Source of the DNA: an uncultured Treponema sp.
GTDB taxonomy: Bacteria; Spirochaetota; Spirochaetia; Treponematales; Rectinemataceae
Direction: 5' to 3'
Length of the DNA: 31,999 nt
Assembly: GCA_964535235.1 (NCBI GenBank)
Contig: CAZHSK010000002.1
Coordinates: forward strand, 9,755-41,753
Part shown: piece by piece, positions 9,779 to 18,033 of the stretch
Numbering within the stretch: the stretch's first letter is position 1
Layout of the letters: each line of letters starts with the position of its first letter
Position numbers and translations under genes: made by a program
The notes under the pieces: generated by a model
The model's input: only the letters and a program-made list of their open reading frames with translations
What the model was told of the DNA's origin: nothing
Database searches by the model: none

Positions 9779-10513
9779 TTACTGAAGAGGGGCTGTCGCC
9801 TGCTCCAGCATTCCCATCCTGATTTTTGCGATCATGGAAGCCTTGGCTACTACCTTGGCGGTGAATAGGCTTTCGATGTTCTTTTCGTAGTTCAATATCT
9901 TGGAGATATAGTCCAGGGTTTTTACCGGGGCGCCCTTCTGGGTAACCCGCGTCCGGCCTGCGTTGTACATAGCCAGGGCGGACACTTCATTTCCCGAAAT
10001 ATCCAGTATATGCCTGAAGTATTTCATGCCTTCCTTGGCATTCCGCGCAGGATCGAATACTTCGGTATCCGACAAATCGGGGAAGGTGAGGGAGTTGAGC
10101 TGGAAGAGGCCTCTATCAACGCTGGATACGTTTTCGTTGAGGGCATAGGGGTCGAAGCGGCTTTCAGCATATGCGATGGCGAAGGCCAGGCTAGCTGGCA
10201 CTTTGTGGTGGACAGCATTGTCCAGTATGGCGACAGCCACATTCCTGGACTTTGTGATGGAGCTGAAAAAATCGACGACGCTTCGTTTTGTTTGGTTGTT
10301 TTTGTAGTACGCGGCGATAGTGTCTATGTCGTTGTTGTCGTCGATGCTGGCTGGTACTTTTTCTGAATTGGTAACGAGCGAAAGGATGTCGCTTTCAAGC
10401 TCAAGATCTGATGCGGGGGAGGCTTTGCAGGCTGCGAGGCAGAGCATCGCAGCCAAGGCTAAAAACACCGCTCCCTTGGCTTTTAACGTTTTATATTTGG
10501 CTTCAGGCAACAA
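9779..10513 (-). CDS. Lytic transglycosylase (SLT domain), probable lipoprotein
   Basis: Signal peptide with lipobox LCLAAC. SLT motifs IAYAESRF (catalytic Glu), DRGLFQLN, ALAMYNAG. AAGGAG SD before the TTG start. Confidence 0.85.
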   Translation of the reverse strand: MLPEAKYKTLKAKGAVFLALAAMLCLAACKASPASDLELESDILSLVTNSEKVPASIDDNNDIDTIAAYYKNNQTKRSVVDFFSSITKSRNVAVAILDNAVHHKVPASLAFAIAYAESRFDPYALNENVSSVDRGLFQLNSLTFPDLSDTEVFDPARNAKEGMKYFRHILDISGNEVSALAMYNAGRTRVTQKGAPVKTLDYISKILNYEKNIESLFTAKVVAKASMIAKIRMGMLEQATAPLQ

Positions 10514-10562
10514 TTACTCCTTCCTGGGATGGGGCTAGCCTACCCTTTTCCAGGCTAACGCC

Positions 10563-10591
10563 ATTTTCAAGGAATGCAGGGACTTGGTCAA
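10563..10591 (-). promoter_or_regulatory. Possible promoter of the transglycosylase gene
   Basis: Minus strand TTGACC-17 nt-GAAAAT; weak -10. Confidence 0.3.
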
Positions 10592-10727
10592 GGGGTGGAG
10601 ATAAAGCTGGATAATTCCATATCGTAGAAAGAAAATTACGTTATCCCTTGGCGAGCATCCGAGCAGGCTGCCCATACGCAAACAGGGGAAAGCCATCTCA
10701 AACCCTGGGTCAAAGACTTTGTCACCC

Positions 10728-10756
10728 TTAACAAATGAGTTAAAAGATCCCATAAT
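10728..10756 (+). promoter_or_regulatory. Putative promoter of asparaginase-TetR unit
   Basis: TTAACA-17 nt-CATAAT, 8 nt before ATG 10765; no SD. Confidence 0.45.
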
Positions 10757-10764
10757 GACTTTCT

Positions 10765-11268
10765 ATGAATGATGAATCTATCCGGGTGATCGTGACCGGT
10801 GGAACCTTCGATAAGCATTACGATGAAATACGGGGCGAACTTACGTTTAGGGAAAGCCATATGCCGGAAATACTCGCGAAGGCCAGGGTTAGGGTGCCTG
10901 TGGTGCTGGAGATGAACCAGCTCATCGACAGTCTCCAGATGCAGGACGAAAACAGGATGGCTGTTCTCGTATCGTGTAAAAGCGCTCCGGAACGCCGAAT
11001 TTTGATAACCCATGGTACCGATACTATGACAGCCACGGCCTCACTTCTGGGTCGGGCTCGGCTGGAAAAAACCATCGTGCTGACAGGCGCGATGGTGCCT
11101 TACAAGATTCAGGATTCCGATGCGCTCTTCAATTTCGGCACTGCTTTTTCTGCAGTCCAGCTACTGCCCTTTGGGGTGTATATCGCCATGAACGGCAGAA
11201 TTTTTTCCTGGGACAGGGTGAGGAAGAACAAGGATCTGGGCGAGTTCGAATTTATGGAAGACCGCTGA
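10765..11268 (+). CDS. Short L-asparaginase-family protein (N-terminal catalytic domain only)
   Basis: 167 aa; TGGTF and HGTDT catalytic-Thr motifs, IVLTGAM. No C-terminal asparaginase domain. Confidence 0.85.
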   Translation: MNDESIRVIVTGGTFDKHYDEIRGELTFRESHMPEILAKARVRVPVVLEMNQLIDSLQMQDENRMAVLVSCKSAPERRILITHGTDTMTATASLLGRARLEKTIVLTGAMVPYKIQDSDALFNFGTAFSAVQLLPFGVYIAMNGRIFSWDRVRKNKDLGEFEFMEDR

Positions 11269-11864
11269 TGGCCAGGCCTAAGGATTCGGACAAGCGACAA
11301 CTCATCCTGGCCATAGCCAAGCGGATCTTTGCCGAAAGAGGCTTCGAGCGCAGTTCCATGGCGGTCCTGGCTCGAAGAATCGGAATTCCTGTGGGAAGCC
11401 TCTACACGTACTTTCCTTCCAAGGAAGCTTTGCTGATTACTATTATAGAAGAAGGCTGGAACGAATTCGCGGCATATCTGGAGGCGGGACTTTCCAATCC
11501 TTTGCCCGGAATGTCTAAGCTCGCTTTCTTGGTCCGCAAAGCCCTTCCAGCGCTTTTCAAGGACATGGATCTCATTGCAATTCTTTTAAGCCAGGCGAGC
11601 GGCGCCACTAAGCTCAAGGAAAAGCTGGATTATTTGGCTTCCTTGATCGCATCGATTATTGGGGAATGCGTGCGTGAGGATGGGGGAGAACCCAAAACTG
11701 CTATTCCCGAGCTGGAAGCAGGGCTTTTGGTCATGCTCCTGGGCAGCCTGGAATCCTTAAGGCTGAGCAGGCGATTGGAAATGGGCCTAGGCGCTGACGA
11801 GATTATCGCTTTTCTTGTTTCGATAGTCGAAGCAAGCCTTGGACACGCCCTGCCCGAGGCTTGA
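11268..11864 (+). CDS. TetR/AcrR family transcriptional regulator
   Basis: HTH: ILAIAKRIFAERGFERSSMAVLARRIGIPVGSLYTYFPSKE. TGATG stop/start overlap with the asparaginase gene. Confidence 0.9.
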   Translation: MARPKDSDKRQLILAIAKRIFAERGFERSSMAVLARRIGIPVGSLYTYFPSKEALLITIIEEGWNEFAAYLEAGLSNPLPGMSKLAFLVRKALPALFKDMDLIAILLSQASGATKLKEKLDYLASLIASIIGECVREDGGEPKTAIPELEAGLLVMLLGSLESLRLSRRLEMGLGADEIIAFLVSIVEASLGHALPEA

Positions 11865-12849
11865 GCCGGTTTTGCATTCGGGGGCTCTTGCGGATAAGCC
11901 AGCGCTTAACCGCAGGGGCTGCTAGGGCGGCGAAGGGCGCTATGCGCCTTGTCTCCCAGCGTACTTCCTCGTAGTAATCCTCCAGCGTTTTTCTTCTGAA
12001 ATGCAGAAACTCCTCCGCCAGATCGGAATCCAAATACCAGCCGCAATGAAAGTTGGACGAGGCGAAGGCTTCGAGGGGCAGAAAGGATGAGTCGCCTAGG
12101 CCATAATAGCGGAAAATGCGGTCCAGGAAGGCCCTGAAGGATGTGCGGCAGAGCGAGCCGCCGCCGATGTTGAAGGTCCTGCCCGCGGCGAGGGGCTGCT
12201 CGGCGGCGGCGGCAAAAGCCCTGCCCGCATCTTCGGTATGCACGATCTCTAGGCGGGTTTCCGGCGGCATGGCGAAGAGTAGGGGATCGAAGGGCAGCCA
12301 TTTGGCCCAGACTACGTAGGATAACCTCAGTATCACATGCTCCAGTCCGGAATTGCGTACCATCCTCTCGCACTCTACCTTGGTTTTGCTATAGATCTCG
12401 GTGGGCTGCGGCGCATCGCTTTCCTTAATCCAGAAATCCTTGAGTCTATCGCCGTAGATGGCGATACTGGAGGCCATAACCAGGCGGGGAGGCTTGGGCA
12501 AGGCCTGGCAAGCTTCTATGAGGTGTTTAGTGCCTCCCACATTTATTTCCCAGGTTTTTTCTTCATCCTTGTCGGCTGCGGGTGGGATTAGGGCTGCCAA
12601 GTGGATGACGACATCAGGGCCAGTTTCGAATAGGGCTAGGGCTTTTTGGATATCCTCAGGCTTCCGCAGGTCACCGAAAGCGATAAGGCAGTCTTTCCAT
12701 GGATCTTTTATCAGCCTGCGAAGCCCTGAACTGGCCTTCGCCATGGCCGAAGGACTTTCGAGGATCCCGACCTTATTCCCTGCGGACAGTAATGCGTTTA
12801 CCGTGCTCCTGCCTACGTTTCCAAACCCTCCGGTCACCAGAACATTCAT
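11803..12849 (-). CDS. NAD-dependent epimerase/dehydratase (extended SDR)
   Basis: TGGFGNVG Rossmann motif, VIHLAA, SSIAIYG, YSKTK (YxxxK). GGAGG SD at 12856-12860. Confidence 0.88.
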   Translation of the reverse strand: MNVLVTGGFGNVGRSTVNALLSAGNKVGILESPSAMAKASSGLRRLIKDPWKDCLIAFGDLRKPEDIQKALALFETGPDVVIHLAALIPPAADKDEEKTWEINVGGTKHLIEACQALPKPPRLVMASSIAIYGDRLKDFWIKESDAPQPTEIYSKTKVECERMVRNSGLEHVILRLSYVVWAKWLPFDPLLFAMPPETRLEIVHTEDAGRAFAAAAEQPLAAGRTFNIGGGSLCRTSFRAFLDRIFRYYGLGDSSFLPLEAFASSNFHCGWYLDSDLAEEFLHFRRKTLEDYYEEVRWETRRIAPFAALAAPAVKRWLIRKSPRMQNRLKPRAGRVQGLLRLSKQEKR

Positions 12850-12883
12850 GGTTAGCCTCCCAAAAAAACTGGCTCTCTCTGTC

Positions 12884-12911
12884 AGTATAGCTTAAATGAA
12901 CAATCATTCAA
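12884..12911 (-). promoter_or_regulatory. Putative promoter of the SDR gene
   Basis: Minus strand TTGAAT-16 nt-TATACT. Confidence 0.55.
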
Positions 12912-12912
12912 G
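12891..12912. promoter_or_regulatory. Palindromic TetR-type operator candidate
   Basis: CTTAAATGA-ACAA-TCATTCAAG; 8 of 9 arm positions complementary; overlaps the SDR -35 and spacer. Confidence 0.55.
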
Positions 12913-12948
12913 ATAAGGATATCAAAATACTCATCATTTTTTCCACGA

Positions 12949-12978
12949 TTGACCATAATCCCAGACCTACCGTACACT
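12949..12978 (+). promoter_or_regulatory. Putative alaS promoter (leaderless geometry)
   Basis: TTGACC-18 nt-TACACT-7 nt-ATG(12986); no SD. Confidence 0.6.
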
Positions 12979-12985
12979 TCGGCCC

Positions 12986-14782
12986 ATGATTACTATTCAC
13001 GAACTGCGTAAAAAATATATCGAATATTTCAAGACCAAGAGTCATGTGGAGATAAGCGGCAAATCCCTGATTCCCGAGAACGATCCTTCGGTCTTGTTCA
13101 CTACGGCGGGTATGCACCCCTTGGTACCCTATCTCTTAGGAGAGCCGCATCCTGCGGGCAAACGCCTGGTGGACTACCAAAAGTGCATTCGAACCGGTGA
13201 TATCGAAGATGTGGGCGATGAGAGCCATCTTACCTTTTTTGAAATGTTAGGCAACTGGTCCTTAGGCGATTACTTTAAGGAAGAATCGATAGCTTTTTCC
13301 TGGGAGTTTTTGGTGTCGCCCCAGTGGCTTGCCCTAGATCCGGCCAAGATTTCCGTAACCGTTTTCGCAGGGGACGAGAATGCACCTCGGGACGAGGTTT
13401 CGGCCCATGCTTGGAAGAAGCTGGGTGTTCCCGATCACAAAATCGCCTACCTCCCAGCTGCGGACAACTGGTGGGCTACAGGCCCCACCGGTCCCTGCGG
13501 GCCTGACACGGAAATTTTCTACTGGACAGGCCATGGCACACCTCCCCTAGAGTCCAATAAGGGCAGTGATCCGAAGCGCTGGATGGAGATATGGAATAAT
13601 GTCTTCATGGAGTTCAACCGGGTAGATGAAAAAACCCTGCGCAGACTGCCTGCACAGAATGTCGACACGGGTATGGGGCTCGAACGTACTGTCGCCATGC
13701 TCCAAGGCCGATCTTCCGTCTACGAGACAGAGGCTTTTACTCCTATTCTGGAAGCCCTGGAAAAACTTTCTGGCAAGGCGTATGGAGTTCCAGGCAACGA
13801 CAAGGAACTGGACCGCAGCTTCAGGATTATCGCCGACCATGTCAGAACCGCGACCTTTATATTGGGAGACCCCAAGGCCGTCCTGCCCTCTAATGTTGGA
13901 GCCGGCTATGTGTTGCGACGTATTATTCGCAGGGCTGTGCGTCATGGAAAGAAGCTTGGCATCGAGGGAGCCTTTCTTTCCGAGCCGTCCAGGGGAATTG
14001 TCGAGAATTACTCCAAGGCCTATCCCGAGCTGATGGAGAACAGGGAGAGGATTTTTTCCGAGCTACAGCGGGAGGAGGAGAAATTCCTGGAGACCCTCCA
14101 GAAAGGCGAGCACGAGTTCGCCAAGATGCTGCCCAACCTTCTTAAAAACCCACAGCATGTGATGTCCGGTCGCCTGGCCTTCAAACTCTATGATACCTAT
14201 GGATTTCCGATCGAGCTGACGGAAGAACTGGCCTCGGAAAACGGCCTAAAGGTTCATAGGGAAGAGTTCGACGATGCCTATAAGAAGCACCAGGAACTCT
14301 CCAGGGCAGGAAGCGAGCAGCTTTTCAAGGGCGGCCTGGCTGATCATTCAGAAATATCCACACGTTATCATTCGGCTACTCATCTTCTGCACAAAGCCTT
14401 ACGCATTGTGTTGGGAGAACACGTCGCACAGAAGGGCAGCAACATCAATGCGGAACGGGTTCGTTTCGATTTTTCCCATCCTGCTCCCATGACAAAGGAA
14501 GAAATAACCAAGGTAGAGGCCATTGTTAACGAGCAGATTCAACGTGACCTGCCAGTCACTATGGAGATGATGGATCTGGAAGATGCCAAAGCATCTGGAG
14601 CGATAGCTCTTTTTGGGGAGAAGTACGAATCCGTAGTGAAGGTCTATTCCATGGGTGATTTTTCCAAGGAAGTATGTGGTGGCCCTCATGTAGAGCATAC
14701 GGGACTTCTCGGAAAGTTCAGAATCCAGAAGGAGCAGTCTTCCAGTGCCGGAGTGCGGAGAATTTACGGTATCCTGGAGTAA
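12986..14782 (+). CDS. alaS: Alanine--tRNA ligase (short form lacking the C-Ala domain)
   Basis: LFTTAGMHPL, QKCIR, HLTFFEMLGNWSLGDYFK, EIWNNVFM, DTGMGLER; editing motifs HSATHLLH and CGGPH; ends at GVRRIYGILE. Confidence 0.97.
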   Translation: MITIHELRKKYIEYFKTKSHVEISGKSLIPENDPSVLFTTAGMHPLVPYLLGEPHPAGKRLVDYQKCIRTGDIEDVGDESHLTFFEMLGNWSLGDYFKEESIAFSWEFLVSPQWLALDPAKISVTVFAGDENAPRDEVSAHAWKKLGVPDHKIAYLPAADNWWATGPTGPCGPDTEIFYWTGHGTPPLESNKGSDPKRWMEIWNNVFMEFNRVDEKTLRRLPAQNVDTGMGLERTVAMLQGRSSVYETEAFTPILEALEKLSGKAYGVPGNDKELDRSFRIIADHVRTATFILGDPKAVLPSNVGAGYVLRRIIRRAVRHGKKLGIEGAFLSEPSRGIVENYSKAYPELMENRERIFSELQREEEKFLETLQKGEHEFAKMLPNLLKNPQHVMSGRLAFKLYDTYGFPIELTEELASENGLKVHREEFDDAYKKHQELSRAGSEQLFKGGLADHSEISTRYHSATHLLHKALRIVLGEHVAQKGSNINAERVRFDFSHPAPMTKEEITKVEAIVNEQIQRDLPVTMEMMDLEDAKASGAIALFGEKYESVVKVYSMGDFSKEVCGGPHVEHTGLLGKFRIQKEQSSSAGVRRIYGILE

Positions 14783-14791
14783 AGTCTTTCT

Positions 14792-15187
14792 TTAAGAACT
14801 TTTACGAGCCCTGAGGGCTTGGTATGTCAAGCTGCTTCCTTCATTGAGTACCCTGAGTATCCAAGGTCCTCGGCCTTCTGCCCCCTCCCACCATAGTTGA
14901 CGGGCAAAATTCTCCAATCCTTCCTCCACGGTGTCGTAATCCTTCTGCCTCCACTGCAGAAAAAAGTAATCCCCTTCGGATAATTCATCTAGGAGGCGGG
15001 GATGGGGCAGGGGCTTGGCCAGGATTGGTCCTTGTTCAGAAGATTGAACAAAATTCCCCTTGTCTTCAAAAGCCCAGAAAAGTTCGCCCTGAATCGGCGT
15101 GGCTGCAGACCAGATAGAGCCTTCGTACATGGTGCTGCCCGGCAATGCTGACAAAAGATGAAGCAGAAGTATGGGAGTTTCGCGCAT
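14792..15187 (-). CDS. Hypothetical protein (131 aa)
   Basis: 3' part of the 214-aa ORF. Start reassigned to ATG 15187 because the longer version overlaps dxs on the opposite strand by 161 nt. It fills the alaS-dxs gap. No recognisable motif. Confidence 0.6.
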   Translation of the reverse strand: MRETPILLLHLLSALPGSTMYEGSIWSAATPIQGELFWAFEDKGNFVQSSEQGPILAKPLPHPRLLDELSEGDYFFLQWRQKDYDTVEEGLENFARQLWWEGAEGRGPWILRVLNEGSSLTYQALRARKSS

Positions 15188-15275
15188 GGCTATAGTGTGG
15201 TCTATGGGAGCCAGGATTCGCAAGCGGGTTGGAACATCTGGAAAAATCGAAAAATAGATGATACCTTGAACATTC

Positions 15276-17180
15276 ATGGGCCTTCTTGATGCTGTGAAAT
15301 CACCCAGTGATGTAAAGAAGCTGAAGGAATCGGAGCTTCGCATCCTGGCCAAGGAAATACGAAAAAAAATCCTCGACACGGTAAGCACCAATGGAGGGCA
15401 CTTGGCCTCCAATCTGGGAGTGGTAGAACTCACCATAGCCCTTCACAGGGTTTTCGATTCGCCCAGAGATGCCATTGTGTGGGATGTCGGGCATCAAAGC
15501 TATGCCCATAAGCTTATCACTGGCAGAGCGGACACCTTCGATACAATCAGGAAAAGGGGAGGTCTTTCAGGCTTTCCAAAGCGCTCGGAAAGCCCCCATG
15601 ATATTTTTGATACAGGGCATTCTTCGACTTCACTTTCTTCGGCTTTAGGGCTTCTGGAAGCGCGCAAAAGGCGTGGGAATTCGGGAAGCGTGATAGCGGT
15701 TGTAGGCGATGGGGCACTCACCGCAGGCATGTCCTTTGAAGCGCTTGTCAATGTATCCCAACTGGAACTCCCCCTCATAGTGATCCTCAATGACAACAAG
15801 ATGTCTATATCCAGGAATGTGGGAGCTCTTTCCAGATACCTTTCCCGACTCACCGCCACCGAACACTACCAGTACTTCAGGAAGACCGTGGATTCGATTG
15901 TCGTATCCATTCCCCTGATAGGCCACAGCCTCCTGGAACTTATTGTCAGAGGTAAGAGAGCGATCAAGGCCATCTTTTTCAAGGAAAACCTATTTGCGGA
16001 CTTAGGCTTCGAGTACGTAGGTCCTATCGATGGCCACAATATTCCTGTCATGCTCAGTGTACTCACCCAAGTAAAACGTCTGCAGCGGCCAGTAGTAGTC
16101 CACGTGCTCACCAAGAAAGGCAACGGCTTTTCCAAGGCCGAGGAAGACCCCGAGAGTTTCCACGGCGTAGCCCCTTCTTGTCCTGATCTACCCCAGCAGT
16201 CACGTCCTTCTTTTACCGAGGTGTTTGGAACCATCATTGCGCAGCTGGCTCTGGAGCGCAGGGACTTGGTGGCCATTACTGCGGCTATGAGCAAGGGCAC
16301 TGGCTTGGATACATTGGCAAAACAGCAGTCTTCCAAGGTTTACGACGTTGGAATTGCAGAACAGCACGCGGTTACCTTCGCCGCCGGCCTGGCTTCTGGA
16401 GGCTTGCTGCCTGTAGTCGCCATATATTCCACCTTCATGCAGCGAGCAGTTGATCAGGTGCTGCACGATGTTGCGCTCCCCAATTTGCATGTCATCTTCG
16501 CCCTGGACAGGGCTGGGGCTGTGGGCGAGGATGGGGAAACCCATCAGGGATTGTTCGATATCGCTCTTTTCAAATCACTGCCTAATTGTACAATTCTTGC
16601 CCCTTCCTGCGCCGCTGAGATGGCAAGCTTTCTTCGTTTCGCCTTGGATCAGGGCGGGCCTGTATTCCTCCGCTATCCCAAGGCTAGGGTAGAATGTGAA
16701 GAACCTGCGTGCACTACGCCGGTTTCTCGGGGCAGGGGTGTTTATCTAAGAAATTCGACAGGCGCAGAAATACTTGTATGTGCCTTAGGCCCTCTGGCCC
16801 ATACCGCCGGACGGGCTGTAGATCGGCTGTCAGAAAAAGGCTGTAAGGCTGATCTCTATTCTCTGCGTTTTGCCTCCCCCTTGGATGAATCAGAAATAAG
16901 TAAAATATGTTCTAAATATAAGGCCATAGTTACCATCGAGGAAGCTTCCAAGAGTGGAGGAGTGGGGGAGTCCATCGCGGCTTTGCTTGCCCGCAAAGCC
17001 ATTCATACCCGAGTGATAAATCTTGGTTTTGGCTCCGTCCTTCCAGCTCAGGCATCCAGGGAGGAACTCCTCCATGATGCTCTCCTGGACGAGGAAGGTC
17101 TGGTCACTACACTGAGTATTGTGGCCGACGATGTTTCGGCAGGGAGGCTTCTTGAAACGCATACTACCCCTGCCAAATAA
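15276..17180 (+). CDS. dxs: 1-deoxy-D-xylulose-5-phosphate synthase
   Basis: GGHLASNLGVVELT, DVGHQ, GDGA...NDN TPP motif, DVGIAEQHAV, YSTFMQRAVDQ. Confidence 0.97.
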   Translation: MGLLDAVKSPSDVKKLKESELRILAKEIRKKILDTVSTNGGHLASNLGVVELTIALHRVFDSPRDAIVWDVGHQSYAHKLITGRADTFDTIRKRGGLSGFPKRSESPHDIFDTGHSSTSLSSALGLLEARKRRGNSGSVIAVVGDGALTAGMSFEALVNVSQLELPLIVILNDNKMSISRNVGALSRYLSRLTATEHYQYFRKTVDSIVVSIPLIGHSLLELIVRGKRAIKAIFFKENLFADLGFEYVGPIDGHNIPVMLSVLTQVKRLQRPVVVHVLTKKGNGFSKAEEDPESFHGVAPSCPDLPQQSRPSFTEVFGTIIAQLALERRDLVAITAAMSKGTGLDTLAKQQSSKVYDVGIAEQHAVTFAAGLASGGLLPVVAIYSTFMQRAVDQVLHDVALPNLHVIFALDRAGAVGEDGETHQGLFDIALFKSLPNCTILAPSCAAEMASFLRFALDQGGPVFLRYPKARVECEEPACTTPVSRGRGVYLRNSTGAEILVCALGPLAHTAGRAVDRLSEKGCKADLYSLRFASPLDESEISKICSKYKAIVTIEEASKSGGVGESIAALLARKAIHTRVINLGFGSVLPAQASREELLHDALLDEEGLVTTLSIVADDVSAGRLLETHTTPAK

Positions 17181-18033
17181 GCGCAGCCTCGTGCTGGGCG
17201 AGCGCCCGCTCATCATGGGCATCGTCAACCTGACCCCTGACTCCTTTTTCGCTGGGTCCAGAGCCGAGGATGCGGCGCAGGCGGTGGAGCGGGCGCTCGC
17301 CCTCGTCGACCAGGGCGCTGATATCCTGGACTTCGGAGCCGAATCCACGAGGCCAGGTTCGGCGCCCGTTGCTCCTGAGGATGAGATGGATAGGCTTATT
17401 CCCGCCCTCAAGGCCTTCAGGGCTCAATCCCAGGTGCCTGTATCCGTGGATACTCGCAGGGCCGAAGTGGCCAGGGCAGCCTTGGGCGAAGGCGCGGACA
17501 TCATCAACGACATAGCTGCCCTGGCCGACCCGGAGATGGCCGCCACGGTGGAAAAAACCGGCGCCGGTTTGGTGCTCATGCACATGCAGGGTCAGCCCAA
17601 GACCATGCAGGAGAACCCCAAGTATATCGATTGTGCGATCGAGGTACGGGATTTTCTTCTGCTCGCGGTCCAAAAAGCTCAGCAAGCGGGCATCTCAGAT
17701 GAATCCATCATGCTGGACCCTGGAATTGGGTTCGGCAAACTGCTGGAGCATAATATGGATTTATTGCGCAGGCTTTATCTGTTGGTCGATTGCGGGTATC
17801 CTGTCCTTGTGGGCCTTTCACGCAAGCGGTTTATCGGCGAGATAAGTGGAAAACCGGTGGAAAAGAGGCTGGCTGGCAGTCTCGGCGCAGCCTGTGCGGC
17901 TTGGCTGGGAGGTGCCGACATTTTCAGGGTTCACGATGTAGGAGAAACCAGGGACGCCCTAGCCTTGTTCGAGGCTTCGGCACCTAGAGGGGAATATGTA
18001 GTGAGCAGGGCAAGGAGAGCCAATGGATCTTAA
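17152..18033 (+). CDS. folP: Dihydropteroate synthase
   Basis: MGIVNLTPDSF, DFGAESTRPG, SVDT, IINDI, LDPGIGFGK, GLSRKRF, FRVHDV. Start placed at TTG 17152 after GGGAGG (ORF track starts at 17119). Confidence 0.95.
   Translation: MKRILPLPNKRSLVLGERPLIMGIVNLTPDSFFAGSRAEDAAQAVERALALVDQGADILDFGAESTRPGSAPVAPEDEMDRLIPALKAFRAQSQVPVSVDTRRAEVARAALGEGADIINDIAALADPEMAATVEKTGAGLVLMHMQGQPKTMQENPKYIDCAIEVRDFLLLAVQKAQQAGISDESIMLDPGIGFGKLLEHNMDLLRRLYLLVDCGYPVLVGLSRKRFIGEISGKPVEKRLAGSLGAACAAWLGGADIFRVHDVGETRDALALFEASAPRGEYVVSRARRANGS

Noticed and set aside
10535-10753. 72-aa minus-strand ORF in the SLT-asparaginase spacer
   Set aside because: No SD or motif, and it runs through both predicted promoters.
10514-10764. 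c-di-AMP (ydaO) or c-di-GMP (GEMM) riboswitch upstream of the transglycosylase
   Set aside because: Only fragments such as GCAAAC and GGAAA are present; the conserved cores and stem order do not match by eye. A cmscan would settle it.
15188-15436. N-terminal extension of the 214-aa ORF
   Set aside because: Overlaps dxs on the opposite strand; ATG 15187 is the more plausible start.
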